A DNA stretch of 64,000 nt. Origin: Selaginella moellendorffii. Its lineage: Eukaryota; Plantae; Lycopodiophyta. Of the stretch, positions 34,050 through 46,700 are shown piece by piece (position 1 is the stretch's first letter; the number at the start of each line of letters is the position of its first letter). The notes beneath the pieces were generated by a model. That model searched no databases. It was given only the letters and a program-made list of their open reading frames with translations, and was not told the origin of the DNA. The stretch is taken from the NCBI RefSeq assembly GCF_000143415.4, contig NW_003314289.1, forward strand, positions 1,135,680-1,199,679. The letters are read 5' to 3'. The translations under genes were made by a program, and so were the position numbers.

Positions 34050-36147
34050 ATGCTGCTGGAAGTGGGATCGCTGCGCAGCGCGGGCAATGGGAGCTACTGC
34101 CTGGCCACATTTCCCGGCCGGAGTGCCAAGAACAGGCAATCGCGCGTAACGATTGTATGCGCCCGGGGCAAGGCGATTGATGGCAGCAGCAGCAGCAGCG
34201 GCACCAAGAGATTCCCTTTGGGTGGCACCAGAAAGAAGATCAAAGACGAGGAAGGCAGCGATGGCGAGCAGGAATCATCGAATGGCGCTCTGAATTTCGG
34301 GACGCAGCTCTTAAATCTCGCCTCCAGGAGGGACAAATCTTCTCCCCCGGCTAAGAGTGGAACCAAGAAAGAGCTCGCTTTGTCACTGGGTCTTCTTCGC
34401 CGAGCTCCCGACGCTAAGACAGTGTTTGTGGCTGGAGCAACTGGTCAGATCGGCGCTAGAGTCTCGCAGCAGCTACTCCGGAGTGGATTCACAGTCCGTG
34501 GAGGTGTCCGCGATCTCTACTTCGCCCAGCAGCTCGCGGAGTTCGCTACGCAGTATGGGGTGAGTGGAAAGATAGTTTGGTTTATATCCGTTGGAGGAGA
34601 TTTCTCACAGTGTTCTCCGGCGCGCAGGTGATCAGCAGGGACGAAGCACGGAAGATCAACGCAGTGGAATTCGATTTCAAGGACGTAGAGTCGATAGCAA
34701 AGGCTATAGGGAACGCAGGGAAGGTGGTGGTGACGGTCGGTCCCTCGGAGGATGGTCCTCGGGGGAAAGTCTCGGCAAAGGATGCCCTCCAAGTTCTAGA
34801 GGCGGCCAGTGTAGCACAGGTGGGGCATGTTGTGGTGGTGGCCGAGGCTGGCGGTGTGTCGAGCAGCGGCGGCGGTCCGCTGGCCTTGATCACGGATTTC
34901 TTCAGTAAGTTGTTCAGCAAGGGTGCAGAAGTCTCGACTGATTCGTTGCTCGATAGTGTTGTGGACACGGAGCTGAGGTTTACGTTTGTCAAGGTGAGCT
35001 CCACCGAGGGTGTGGATGATTTCAGCCCCGACGGAGAGAATGTAGTGCTGCTGTCTGAAGGGACGTATAACCAAGGCACGGGAAAGGTACCGATCGAAAC
35101 AGCTTGCTCCTTTTCTCTTCTTACGCATTGGAGTTTCTTGTGTTCCAGGTATCGAAGTCTCAACTCGCGTCTGTTGTAGCGGGGATCTTTGCAAACATTG
35201 CCATAGCAGAGAACAAGGTTAGTTCCCGTTCCCATGCACGTAATACGTAAAAGGGGAGTTCGTTACAAAGTTTGGCTTTGCGTTTTAGGTGGTCGAGGTT
35301 GCCACTGTTGAACCTGGAGCATCCAAGCCCATTGAAGAACTACTAAGGTGCTCAAGTTATCTTTTCCTTCCTCTGTATGATTCTTCTAACCCGCGCCCGT
35401 GCCAGTGCTATACCAGAGGATGGAAGACGAGCTGCATTGGCGGAGGCGCGAGACAAAGCGGAGGCCGAAGAGCGGCAGAGACAGCTTCGGGAGCAGGCAG
35501 AGGCCGAAGCCAAGAAAGCGCTGGAAGAAGCGAAGGATGCCGCTGCTCTCGCCAACGAGCTGGAGGAAGAGGCAAAGGAGCTGGCTAAACAGGAAGCACA
35601 GGCGGTTGCCAACGCTCAAAAAGCCAAAGACAAAGCCAAGGCCGCGGCAGCGTCGCTGGAAGCTCTGGGGGCAAAGATGAAGGATATTGGAGCTTCCATC
35701 AGCGAGACATCGCAGAATGGCTTCGGTGGTTTCTTCAAGCGAGGCACAGTGGCTGGTCCTCCGGCCGAGGAAGAAGACGATTTGGAGAGCAGCGGGACAT
35801 CCCAGAATGGCTTCGGTGGTTTCTTCAAGAGAGGCACAGTGGCTGCCAAGAAAGAAGAAGAGAGTCAGGAGGAGGAAGAAGAGAAGCCAAAGTTTGGTCT
35901 GGGAAACTTGTTTAAGAGGAGCAAGGACACAGCATCATCAGCCGAGACTCCATCGCCAGCAAAGAAAGTTCCTTTTTCCAAAACGAAGACCCCAAGTCCT
36001 CCAAAGAGACGATCGCCACCACCGCCACCACCGCCAGCGATGAGGACGAAGGCTCCGAGAGAGACGAGCAAGGCTCAAAGCTCGGCAGGAAAGAAGAGTG
36101 TGCTGGGAGGATTGTTCAAGCAAGACACGATATATATCGACGAGTAA
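34050..36147 (+). CDS. PTAC16: Plastid transcriptionally active 16 (NAD(P)-binding Rossmann domain with coiled-coil C-terminus)
   Basis: Transit-peptide-like N-terminus, KTVFVAGATGQIGARV, ESIAKAIGNAGKVVVTVG, and C-terminal GGLFKQDTIYIDE. GT-AG introns at about 34560-34627, 35087-35148, 35218-35288 and 35349-35405. Confidence 0.9.
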
Positions 36148-36247
36148 CACGATAGTATATTGTACAAACCATGATATCGTCTGTAAATCAATCAAAAAGA
36201 GATATTTTGCGTTGTATGCTTTTGTGTGGAGGAAGTTGCTTGCTGCT

Positions 36248-38068
36248 ATGGCGCAAAGTGGTGTGTGTGGGATTGAGAGAGCAAGGCTGTGGAGAGATGG
36301 AGGAGGAGTTTGTGCTTCTTTGAAGAATCGACCATGGCCATTGTCTCGTTTGAGAAGATTTAAGATTTCTTTGGTAGCAGCAGCAGCAGCTACTGGCGAG
36401 GAGGCCCTGATTGATGCGTTGGTTGGAGTTGGAGGGCGAGGCCGGAGTGCAAGCCAAGAACAACTCAAGGTGAATTACATCATTGTTCGTTTTTTTTTAC
36501 CAAAACTATATTTGAATTATACTGTATTTTTTGGCCAGGCAATTGCGAATGCTGTGACAGCACTTGAGTCGGAAGGAGGCATCGAAGAACCTGTGAGTGA
36601 TTCGAAGAAAAGAGTGAGATTTTGATGATTTGATTTGTGCAGACAAAGTCGGAGTTGATCGAAGGCCTATGGAGATTAATGTACACAACAAGGCCCAGCA
36701 CTGCATCCCCGATTCAAGTTAAACCTTCTACTACAACCATTCGTTCATTTTATTCACTGCCTGGACTTTTTTGTAGAGGACTTTTGTGGGAGTGGATGCA
36801 TTTACAGTTTTCCAAGACATCAAACTCAGCGATCGCAGTGATCAAAGAGTGTCAAACACTGTAAAGTTTTCTGAGAAAATTGGTGAGCTCAAAGTGGAGG
36901 TAAGCAAACATAGTCTGCTCGTTTCTTTAACTTTGGAGAAATCTTCCAGGCCGAAGCCTCAGTTGCTAGCTCCAAAAGGATCAACTTTCGTTTCGACCGG
37001 GCCGCATTCTCTTTCTCGTTCCTTCCATTCAAAGTTCCATACCCGGTTCCTTTCCGTTTGCTGGGCGACGAGGCCAAAGGATGGCTCGACACAACTTATC
37101 TCTCTCCCTCTGGAAATATTCGAATCTCAAGAGGCAACAAGGTACACAATTAGACAATTAGTATATCACTATCACATTGGTTTCTCCAGGGGACAACCTT
37201 TGTCCTGCAAAAGACCTTGGACCCTCGACAGCGGCTGCTTGCAGCTATATCCTCAAAAAAGGACGTTGAAAAGGTCTAAGAAACGAGATCTTAGTTTCTT
37301 TCAAGACTTGTATTTGTTTGATCTTGAAGGTGATTGAAGAGCTGGTTGAGCTCAACTCGACCGAGTCCCCGGCAGAACTGGATGCATTGGCAGGGAAGTG
37401 GAGACTAGTTTGGAGCTCACAAGTAACTCACAAATTACTTTCACACCTTTTCTAAAATACTTGGCAAGTTTTGTAACAGGGCAGCGACGCAAACTGGCTG
37501 CAAAAACTCACGTCGGGCCTCCCAAGCTGGCAAGTAAGTTTTGAGTGTTGATGCTAATTTAAGAAGACGAAAAGATCTATAGGTACAAAGATCCATACAT
37601 ATTTACATAAAGAATGTGGCTGCAGATTGTTAAAGCAGCAAGCGGCGATCTCGAAAATCTGGTAGAGCTGCTGCCCGGATTTCTGAGCCTGAAAGCCAGA
37701 GCAACGTCAGAGTAAGCACTTTGTCTTCCATTCATAATTACGATTAGATTACCATTAACGTGCTAAATCCAGAGCCACCTCCAAAACGCGGCGTCATGTA
37801 CGGATACAAGGCGCGGCCGTACAGCTGTTGGGCGGATCGGTTTCGGTTCCTCTCAACATCGAAGGCGCCGGCTACGTAGAGCTGACGTAAGCATATTCTG
37901 TCACCTCGACAGATATTCTGCCACCACCCGCGGCATATTCTGTCTCTTTGACGTACATTCCGTCACCACCTTTTTTGTTCTTTCAGGTATCTGGACAAGA
38001 GGATGAGAATTAGCAGAGGGAACAGAGGGAGCACATTCGTGCACGTCCGCGACGACGACCAGAATTGA
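36248..38068 (+). CDS. PAP12: Plastid lipid-associated protein / fibrillin with two PAP_fibrillin domains (PAP12/FBN10 type)
   Basis: LIDALVGVGGRGRSAS, LIEGLWRLMYTTRPSTASPIQ, KFLPFKVPYPVPFRLLGDEAKGWLDTTYLS, and a final exon YLDKRMRISRGNRGSTFVH. Many short introns. Confidence 0.88.
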
Positions 38069-38440
38069 TCCATTATATGTTTTTGATTGATTGATTGAAT
38101 TGATTGACAACAACAACGAACGACGATGTAAAATTATGCATGTTCCCCTTCCCCTCCTCCTATAATAATAAGTATTGTTCATACAAGCCCCCGCCCATCC
38201 CCGTGTGATCTTATATAAAACTTGGTACAAATACTGTTACTTGGACCTCCTCGTTTTTTTTTGGGATGTTTTTTCCTTCCATAGCTTCGAATGTAGCAAC
38301 TTTTGTGTGTCAGATGTGCGGCCTGTGACTGATTATACATGCCCGACTCCAAAGTGAAAGAGGAAAGAAAGACTAGAGCTGAGTGAGAGCGTTCGTAATG
38401 TACCTCGCGCGCGAAGTAGCAAAGTCCCCGAGCTTTGCTC

Positions 38441-40698
38441 TCACCTCTTGTTGATGTTAGCCCGGGAAAGAATGCGCTTCCCGAAAGGGCTGCTGCGTAG
38501 CACTGGAACGTGTGGGCGAATAGCGTCCACTAACGCCGTGTGTAAAGATCCCTGCAAACGTTTCCAAGCACGAGATGGAGCAAAAATCGCTTTTTTCTTT
38601 GAGGTACCTTTGCGACAGAGAGAGCACACTGGATGACGTAGTTCGCAAAAGGATCCTGGAGCAGCTGGCTCAGCAGGGAGCTGGTGATGATCTCGCGAAT
38701 GATCAGAGCGCGCGAGTCCTCGGACGACTGCTTGAGGCACTTCTCCACGACATTGCTGCTAAACTTTTGCATGGCGAGCAACGCGAAGTTCCCTTCCAGC
38801 CTGTAGATGACGTCCAGAGTTATCCAAGATTGTTCGAGGTCGAGGATGTACTGAACGACATAGTTACTGCAAAAGGGAAAGGACGGCGTTTAAAGTTAAG
38901 GCAAAACCCAAGTGTAAGTGCTGTACCCGTATTGGTCTTGCGAAAGAATCAGAGCATTTGCGGCGATCTCGGAAACAAGAAAATGGCACTGTGTTCCCGA
39001 GGCAAAGTCAATACAGCGCTGGAGTACGCAGCAGCCATGCCTGTGTGTACCAATATCCACACAGTGCCGTGCCGCCGCATCAATAATAAACTGCGATCAG
39101 AGAGTTGTCAACGAAAACGAGAAATCTTTGGCACTGCTCGTACCTGGATATCTTCGTTACTGAGCTTTTGCAAGCATTTCTGGACGACATGATTTCCATT
39201 AGAATCCTTGATAAGAGTCACTACGCCTTGCATGAGCGAGCTTGTCACCATGGAAACTTGCTCTGGCGACTTGAGTGTCTCTATCAGTTTTTGAACAGCA
39301 CGTGTACTGCAAACAGCAACAGACACAAGAGTTAGTGATTGGAAAAGAAAAAAAAGGAAGAAACACAGTCAGTCAGTCATGAAAAATTCTCTATTTTCTT
39401 CCTTTTTCTCTCGGTCTCTCAACATCATACCCGTGCATATTCAAGGAGATGTTGACGAGCTCCCCGTTTCTGGTGACGCCACGCAAAATCTCCCTGCGCT
39501 GCGTGTCGTTGGAAACCTCCAGGAGTTTTTGGACGAGGTAGTTCCCGAAAGGGTCAGTCATCAAGTCTACAAGGTGATCAATCACCTCCGCAAAGATCTT
39601 GTCAATCTCCTCCAAACTCCCCTCACTAAACTTCTTCTGCAAGAACCGGCAGCCGTGCTGATCCTTGGCGGTCTCGTAAATCCGCCCCTCAATCTCCTCC
39701 AGCGACGTAAACTTCTGCTGCTGCTGTTGCGTCGAATCGTAGAGCCCCCTGAATTCCCCGCTAAGATCACTCTCCTGCGACTCGGTGCTCGCCGAGCGCT
39801 TCTCACTGCTCGTCTCATCGTCACGGGCAACCTTCCTCCGGGCCAAACTCATCGACGCAAACGAGTTGGACAACCCCTTAATCGACGGCGCTTTCCTGCC
39901 CGAGAGCGATCTCTCCGCCATGGACGCAGCCAGCGAAGAAGGTTGATCCCTGGCCGTGGTGTGAAGAAACGGGCAGTTCTCTCCCCGGCTACAAACTCCC
40001 TGTAAGTAGAACCGACACACATTCCTAGCGCTGCCAGCTCCAGAGCGAGGAGACCCCTCCAGATTCCCTGACGCTTGAAGTGCTTCCTGGTAACGCTGCT
40101 CGGACGAGCACCAAAAATTCCGGAGCGCTGCCAATTGCTGTACCTGCCTGGCAAGAGGATTCTCCAGCGAAGAATATCTTACACCGCCACCGCCATTGGC
40201 GCGATGGTGAGAGTAGAATCCTCCTGCTGCCCCTGGATTGCCATAGAACTGATCACCGTGCTGCTGCCCAGCGTAGAAGGCGGCGTCGATCATCAGCTTT
40301 TGCTGCTGCTGCCTCTGGCGAGCCCTCTCCTCGGCAATCTGTTGCTGGAGAAGAAGCCGCTGCTGGAAGAGCGCTACCATGTCGAGATTATCGTCATCCA
40401 CAGCGTCTTGCTGGAACCGATTGCTGCGATCGTATTCTAGGAAGGAGGAATTGTTTACCAGGTGATGCTGATGCCACGCCGCTGCCGCCTGGTGGTGATC
40501 GTACACGAAAGGCGCCGCTCCCATCGCGCTAGTGTACATTGCGCCGTCGTCGTCGCGGTCGGCTGCGATCTGGAAATCCCTGGACATGATCAGCGGCGGC
40601 GTGCCGTTCTTGCCGGGATCCAGCAGCGCGTAATCGAGACCTCGGCTCCCAAGATCGTCGCGAGAAAAGCTGGATGACGATGCCGCGGATGAATGCAT
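38441..40698 (-). CDS. Pumilio/PUF RNA-binding protein with an N-terminal CCCH zinc finger
   Basis: PUF repeats AKDQHGCRFLQKK, MTDPFGNYLVQKL, KDSNGNHVVQKCL, AMQKFSSNVVEKCL and LQDPFANYVIQ. Zinc finger CRFYLQGVCSRGENCPFLH. Ends PFGKRILSRANINKR*. Confidence 0.92.
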
Positions 40699-41094
40699 GG
40701 CGCCGCTGGCGCGATCGACGATCCCGCTGCTGGCCGGCCAAGAATCCCGCTTCCCTATCTAGGATCGATCGATCGATCGATCTATCGCGGCGAGGGAAAT
40801 AAAAAAGGGGGATGGCCTAAATTGGCCACATTAACCCAAACCCGGAGCTGTCCGTGCCGTTTGAGCCATCGCCCTAAACCTTAAACCTCCCGCCCGTACG
40901 GCACGTTTGTGTGGTGGCGGTCGTGTACGGTCGTCGTTTTGAATGCCGGGGGGCGTTTTAGAGAGAAACTTCTAGCCGCCTAGATCCGGCGCCAACCAGC
41001 CTACGGGTGGGACCCACGTGGCGCCGCCGCCATGGGCATAGACACGTGGCGGTCATGTTTCTCTTTCTCTCACGCCATCAGGAACCCTAAATTT

Positions 41095-41414
41095 TCACGA
41101 CGAGGATCCCCCAAATCTCTCATTGAGCAGGGATTTAAATTCCTGGTAGCTCAGCTGCTGCTGGCCGCCCTCCCGCAGCGCTTGGTGGAGCTCCGCGCGC
41201 CGCTGCGCCTCGATCAGGGTCACCTTGTCATCTGGAGCGCAAATTCCTCTCAACAATCCGGAATCCGATTCGAGCAGCAAGGGATGGATGCGGGGTACTT
41301 ACAGAAGCCCGTCTTGATCATGAAACCCTCGATCGCCGCGCCGAAAATCGCCGAGACGATGGCGACCTTTGCGTACCATTGGCGGTGCTGGACAAGATCG
41401 CGCAAGAGCGGCAT
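41095..41414 (-). CDS. Small single-pass membrane protein (82 aa), reminiscent of UPF0640/SMIM4-like proteins
   Basis: Exons 41414-41303 and 41231-41095, joined by a GT-AG intron in frame, give MPLLRDLVQHRQWYAKVAIVSAIFGAAIEGFMIKTGFYDKVTLIEAQRRAE... Confidence 0.75.
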
Positions 41415-41504
41415 TGGTTTGACCTAGATTCGAGCCCGAGACCCCCTTTTTCAAAGGCCGAGATATAAACCCCCCTAGAACCCTTTAGACCACGTCTAGG
41501 GTTT

Positions 41505-43097
41505 ATGGAAGACGTGGGAGAATATCGGTTGCTTCACAAGATCGGCGTTGGATCGTTTGCCACGGTATGGAAATCTATGCACAAGATCACTGGCGAGATC
41601 GTCGCGATCAAGGTGATCGTCCCGCGGATGGATCAGCTCCGCCAGCAGCTGGAACTGATCGCGCAGGAGCAAGCCATCATGAAATCGATCGCACATCCAA
41701 ACGTCGTCAAGCTCCTGAGGATGATCAGCGACGATGAGCACGACGAGCTCTCCACGAAGTACCTGGTGATGGAGTTCTGCGAGGGTGGCGATCTGGATCA
41801 CTACATTCACCTCAACAAGAAGCTCAGCGCTGGGGTCGCGAGGACGATCATGCTCCAGCTATCGGCGGCGCTCCAAGAGCTCCGGAGGATGAACTTGATC
41901 CACCGGGACCTCAAGCCCCACAATCTCCTGCTCAAGAACAAGGTCGCGCCGGGGTCAGATCCAGAGGGAGAAGAGATCGTGGTGAAGCTCACGGATTTTG
42001 GGCTGGCGAGGAAGCTCCAGCCGCAAGGAATGGCGCAAACGATGTGTGGAACGTATCTCTACATGGCCCCGGAAGTGATCTCGCACAACAAGTATGACGC
42101 CAAGGCCGATCTCTGGAGCGTCGGGGTGATGCTCTACCAGATGATCACTGGGCGGAGGCCGTTCGAGGCCTGCAGTAGCGAAGATCTCTTCCGCAAGCTC
42201 GGGAACAAGGTCCAGTTTCGAGGAGAGGATTGCTGGGATCCGGATTGCCGCGATCTTTGCGAGGGGCTGCTGAGGAAGAATCCCTTGGAGAGGATATCTT
42301 TCGAGGAGTTCTTCAATCACAAGTTCCTGCGAGGATCGAGCAAAGCTGCACTGGTTTGCGATGAATTAAAAGCCGACAGCGTTGTGATCTTACACCGAGC
42401 GCCACGGCCACTGGAGACGATCCCCGGGGATCGCCAGCGGCCTGTGAGAGGGAGGAATCCACTGATGGACTCGATTGAAGAGAGGATTGCCAGAGAGTAT
42501 GTGATGGTGTCTAGCCCCAGCTCTTCAAAGAACAAGCATCCTCACTGCCCGATTCCAAAGCCAGCACCGCCGCCGCCGCGTGCGCATCCACCGAGCAAGA
42601 ATTCGAGCAAGGAAGATCTGGAGCGCAGCGAAACCCTGCGAATCTGCGCCAAATTGCTCGGCGAAGTGGCAAGATTCAAGCTACAAGACAGTAAGAAGCT
42701 TGAATCCCTCTCGCTCTGCCTCGCCGTGCTTGGATCGCTCAAGCGCGCCTTGAGCATTGCCACCACGCCCCAGCTCTTGGAGGATTTCTCGGCCGCCCTG
42801 GACGAAGCCGAGGCCGTAGCGGCGAATCTCGACAGGAGCTCGGATCAGGCGCTGCCAGATGCGGCGGAGATAATCTATCAGGCAGCGCTGGCGGCAGGGA
42901 GAGCCGGGGCAGTGGACGAGATCCTGGAGAAGCGAGGGCGAGCATCGGTCGAGTATGCCAAGGCATCAACGTTGCTCTTCTTTCTCATCATGGATGACTC
43001 CCCGATCCACCTACATTCGTTAGATGTTGCTAGCGCACACCATTGCTTCCACGCTATAACAGTGCGTCACAAGCAGTGCAAGAACGCTAGCCACTAA
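41505..43097 (+). CDS. ATG1: ATG1/ULK-like Ser/Thr kinase, intronless
   Basis: IGVGSFATVWK, VAIK, HRDLKPHNLLL, DFGLAR, CGTYLYMAPE, an AIM-like EYVMV and a C-terminal MIT-like LPDAAEIIYQAALAAGRAGAVDE. Confidence 0.88.
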   Translation: MEDVGEYRLLHKIGVGSFATVWKSMHKITGEIVAIKVIVPRMDQLRQQLELIAQEQAIMKSIAHPNVVKLLRMISDDEHDELSTKYLVMEFCEGGDLDHYIHLNKKLSAGVARTIMLQLSAALQELRRMNLIHRDLKPHNLLLKNKVAPGSDPEGEEIVVKLTDFGLARKLQPQGMAQTMCGTYLYMAPEVISHNKYDAKADLWSVGVMLYQMITGRRPFEACSSEDLFRKLGNKVQFRGEDCWDPDCRDLCEGLLRKNPLERISFEEFFNHKFLRGSSKAALVCDELKADSVVILHRAPRPLETIPGDRQRPVRGRNPLMDSIEERIAREYVMVSSPSSSKNKHPHCPIPKPAPPPPRAHPPSKNSSKEDLERSETLRICAKLLGEVARFKLQDSKKLESLSLCLAVLGSLKRALSIATTPQLLEDFSAALDEAEAVAANLDRSSDQALPDAAEIIYQAALAAGRAGAVDEILEKRGRASVEYAKASTLLFFLIMDDSPIHLHSLDVASAHHCFHAITVRHKQCKNASH

Positions 43098-43759
43098 TTT
43101 CTTTAAATTATATTAATACTAAATAATACTTAGTATTATTATTGATTAATTTGTAGCTTACATAATTCTTATTTGGTTTGCTTAAGATGGTAATGAATAT
43201 ACTTAAAATATGTTTGGATACTCTAAGATATTTTACCATCTAATAGTTGTTATTTATTTAAATTAATTTTGTATTTATAATTTATAAACATGTTTAAAAT
43301 TTATAAACTTTCTTAAACAATTTCTAGTATATTCGTTTTTATTCTACCATCTAATGGTTGACATGGAATAAGATTAATCTTGTGTTTATAAATATAAACA
43401 CGTTTATAATTATAAACTTTTGTTTGATCAATTGGATTAAGAAGTAAAAATAAAATTACTATTAAGCAAAACAACCGTTGCTACATGCAAAGTGTAGCAA
43501 ATTATTATTTTTATTACTATAATATTATTTTATTAAAAACAGTGGTTATACTTTTTTTGTTTTACAAAGATATTATTTATTATAATTCAATTTGCACACT
43601 GAGTGCTTGGAATATAGAGAGGGAATACAAAAATGTGCATATCAATTAGCCCAAAAACCCTAACTTATATATAGAAGCGAGTGGTCCAGATTGAAACCAA
43701 TCTAATGGCTACCAAAATCCCACTATGCTAATATTAGTATACGGCATCGTAACCATACA

Positions 43760-46700
43760 CTTGGCCCTCAAATCATCCTCTCCTCTTGGGATAATCATCA
43801 GGGTTCTCTAGAAGATGGGCTGGGATCCGGAGGAACGTCAGGAGGAGGCATCGGTAGATTTGTAGGTGGTATTAACTCCTCCTAATCCCTTTGTATGAAG
43901 TGTTTCAGCCGCTGCACATGCACAATCTCTGGACGATTGGCCTGCTGAACGTTATGCCGAACCTCATAAACTTGTGGTCCAACTTGCCGCAACACCCAAT
44001 ACGGTCCTTTCCATTGTGCAAGAAGCCCCTTAGATAAACCACGTACCGTAAGATGGAGAAAACGGACTAACACCAAATCATCCACTTTGTACTCTGCAGG
44101 TGGATGATGATAAGAGTTGTAGCGCCGTTGTTGTCCCACTTGTATGCGGCCTAAGTGTTTGGCAGACTCTGCTTGGACAAGTGGAAGAATGCTCGTCAAA
44201 TACTGATCCCATGATCTAGCATCAGCAGCTTGTGGCAATCGCGAAGGTAAACCCAGCTCCGTTGGTAATATTGGATCATGACCATATAGGAGTTTATATA
44301 GTGAAGCACCAACAGAACTCTGCACCCTTGTAACATATGCATACCAAAGAGACGGCAAAATAACCATCCCAATCTGAATGTTGAAAGTTCACATACTTCG
44401 CAATTATCCCTTTGAATGTCCGAACAAGCCGTTCCACCATACCGTCTGATTGTGGATGATAAGCACTTGTGAAAGTGTGGCATATCCCCAATCGAGACGT
44501 CAAAACATAAAATGCCTCAGCCATAAATGCGGGACTATTATCCGAAAGAATCCGCTCTGGACAAGAATGCTGGAATACCACTCGATTGACGAGGAAGTAT
44601 CCAACAACAGTTGCAGAGGCGCTAGCAAGAGCACCAACTTCCACCCAACAAGTCAAGTAGTCAGAAGCAATAATAACATACTCATTGCCAGCAGTCGACT
44701 GTGGAAAAGGTCCCATAAGATCAAAAGCCACTAACTCAAATGGACGGGAAACTACAATTGACTCCAACCGTCCTTCTGCAGCACAAGGGGGAGTATTACG
44801 AGCTTGGCACCAAACGCAGCTACACACATACCGGATAATATCACGTCGCATCTCCGGCCAATAGAAAGACCTGCGCAGCTTCTTGTGACACGACGGTGTC
44901 CCATATGCCCACCTAGAACAAGAGAATCATGGTAGGCATGGAGAAACCGCGGAATAAACACCGAAGGCACTACCAGCCGTAAGTGATCATCAGGATCCGT
45001 CCCCACAAAATAAAGAAAGCCATCTTCAAGGCGATATTGAGAATGTAAATGCCGAAAAGGCAAGTCATCAGCAAGTGATGTAGGATTTTCAAACCCATCT
45101 CGAAGCCTTCGAATCCACGGCTCAATCTTTTGAGCCTTGCGAACCTCATCAAGAGAAGGTAGATCTTGCTCTGCGCCCTGTGGACACTAAACGTCAAGAA
45201 TAGCAACCGCCGACGGCACAGAATCCTCATTTAGAAAATCCACAGATGCTGGAATAACAGGTTCGTCAGAAACATGACAAGTGAGTGGAGTAGGAAGAGG
45301 AGCTCGAGAAAGGGCATCAGCATCAACCATAGAACTCCCTGGGCGATGAACAACATCAAAATTATATATTTGAAGCTTCAAAGCCCATCGAGCCGTACGA
45401 CCAACCAGGTTCTTCCGCTTCAATAATGAAGTAACAGCAGTATGGTCACCTTCAAGTAATGTCCGAGAACCATGTAGATATGCATGAAATTTCTCGAAAC
45501 CCCAGACTGCTGCTAAACACTCTTTCTTCGTCGTGGAGTAGTTCATCTCCGCTGGTTGTAATGTACGGCTTATGTATGCAATGGGATGGCACTGACCAGG
45601 CACACTCGAGCTCTCTTGCATCAACATACCTCCAAAACCAATGTCAGAAGCATCCACGTGCAAAATAAAAGGTCGAGTGTAGTCAGGATATGCCAAAACT
45701 GGAGGAGTCGTCAATAGCTCTTTGAGATCCACAAATGCTCGCTCACAATCCGGAGACCAGATGAAAGATGACGTTGATGACTTCAACAACGCTCGCAATG
45801 GTGTAGTGCGATCAGAAAGATGATTCACAAAACGACCGAGATACTGCACCTTACTCAAAAAACACTACACATCATTTAAATTATATTGGAGTAGAGAACT
45901 TTAGAATAGCCACAAGTTTGTCAGGATCAACTTACAAACCCTCACGAGAAATATGGTACCCAAGATAAGTTGTGTCCTTGGACCTAAACACGCACTTTGA
46001 CCTCTTCAGCTTTAAACCAATGTTGCGTAGCTGATCCAACACTTTACAAACATCACAAACGTGCTCCTCCCATGTCCCCTCCAAGTGGATCAAGACATCA
46101 TCAATGAAGTCAGTAGTCACCTCCGGCATATCGCAAAGAACCTCGTCCATCATCCGCTGGAAAGTTGCTGGAGCATTGTTCAAACCAAACGGCATCACCA
46201 AGAACTCGTACAAACCAAATGGTGTACGAAAAGCAATCTTAGGAATATCTTCTTCGGCCATCGGTACTTGCCAATACCCAGAAGCAAGATCTAGCTTGGT
46301 GAACCAGCGACTTCGCCCCAGACGATCCAAGAGATCAGCAGTGTGAGGAAGAGGATACACATTTGGGATCGTCACTTTGTTTAATGGATGATAGTTGATG
46401 CAGAAATGAATACTCCCATCAGACTTCGTCACAAGATGAGGTTCACATGCCCAAGGACTCCGCGACTCCGAATAACACCCTTCTCCAGCATTTCCTTGAC
46501 GTTTGCGCGTAAAATCTTAATCTCCTTAGGTGACCGATGATGAACAGGAACCTTGATTGGACGAGCATCCCCGGTTTCAATCGGATGACGTGTGCAATCT
46601 TGGCCCCAGACGATAAGTCAAATTCAAAGAGATCAGAATACTCCTTCATGAGCCGATCAACTGCTACAACACAAAGATCGTCGGAGGGATCGGAAAAGGG

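Noticed and set aside
43100-43600. AT-rich segment with hairpin TTGCTACA-TGCAAAG-TGTAGCAA as a Helitron or MITE end
   Set aside because: No CTRR terminus, TIR pair or TSD could be established.
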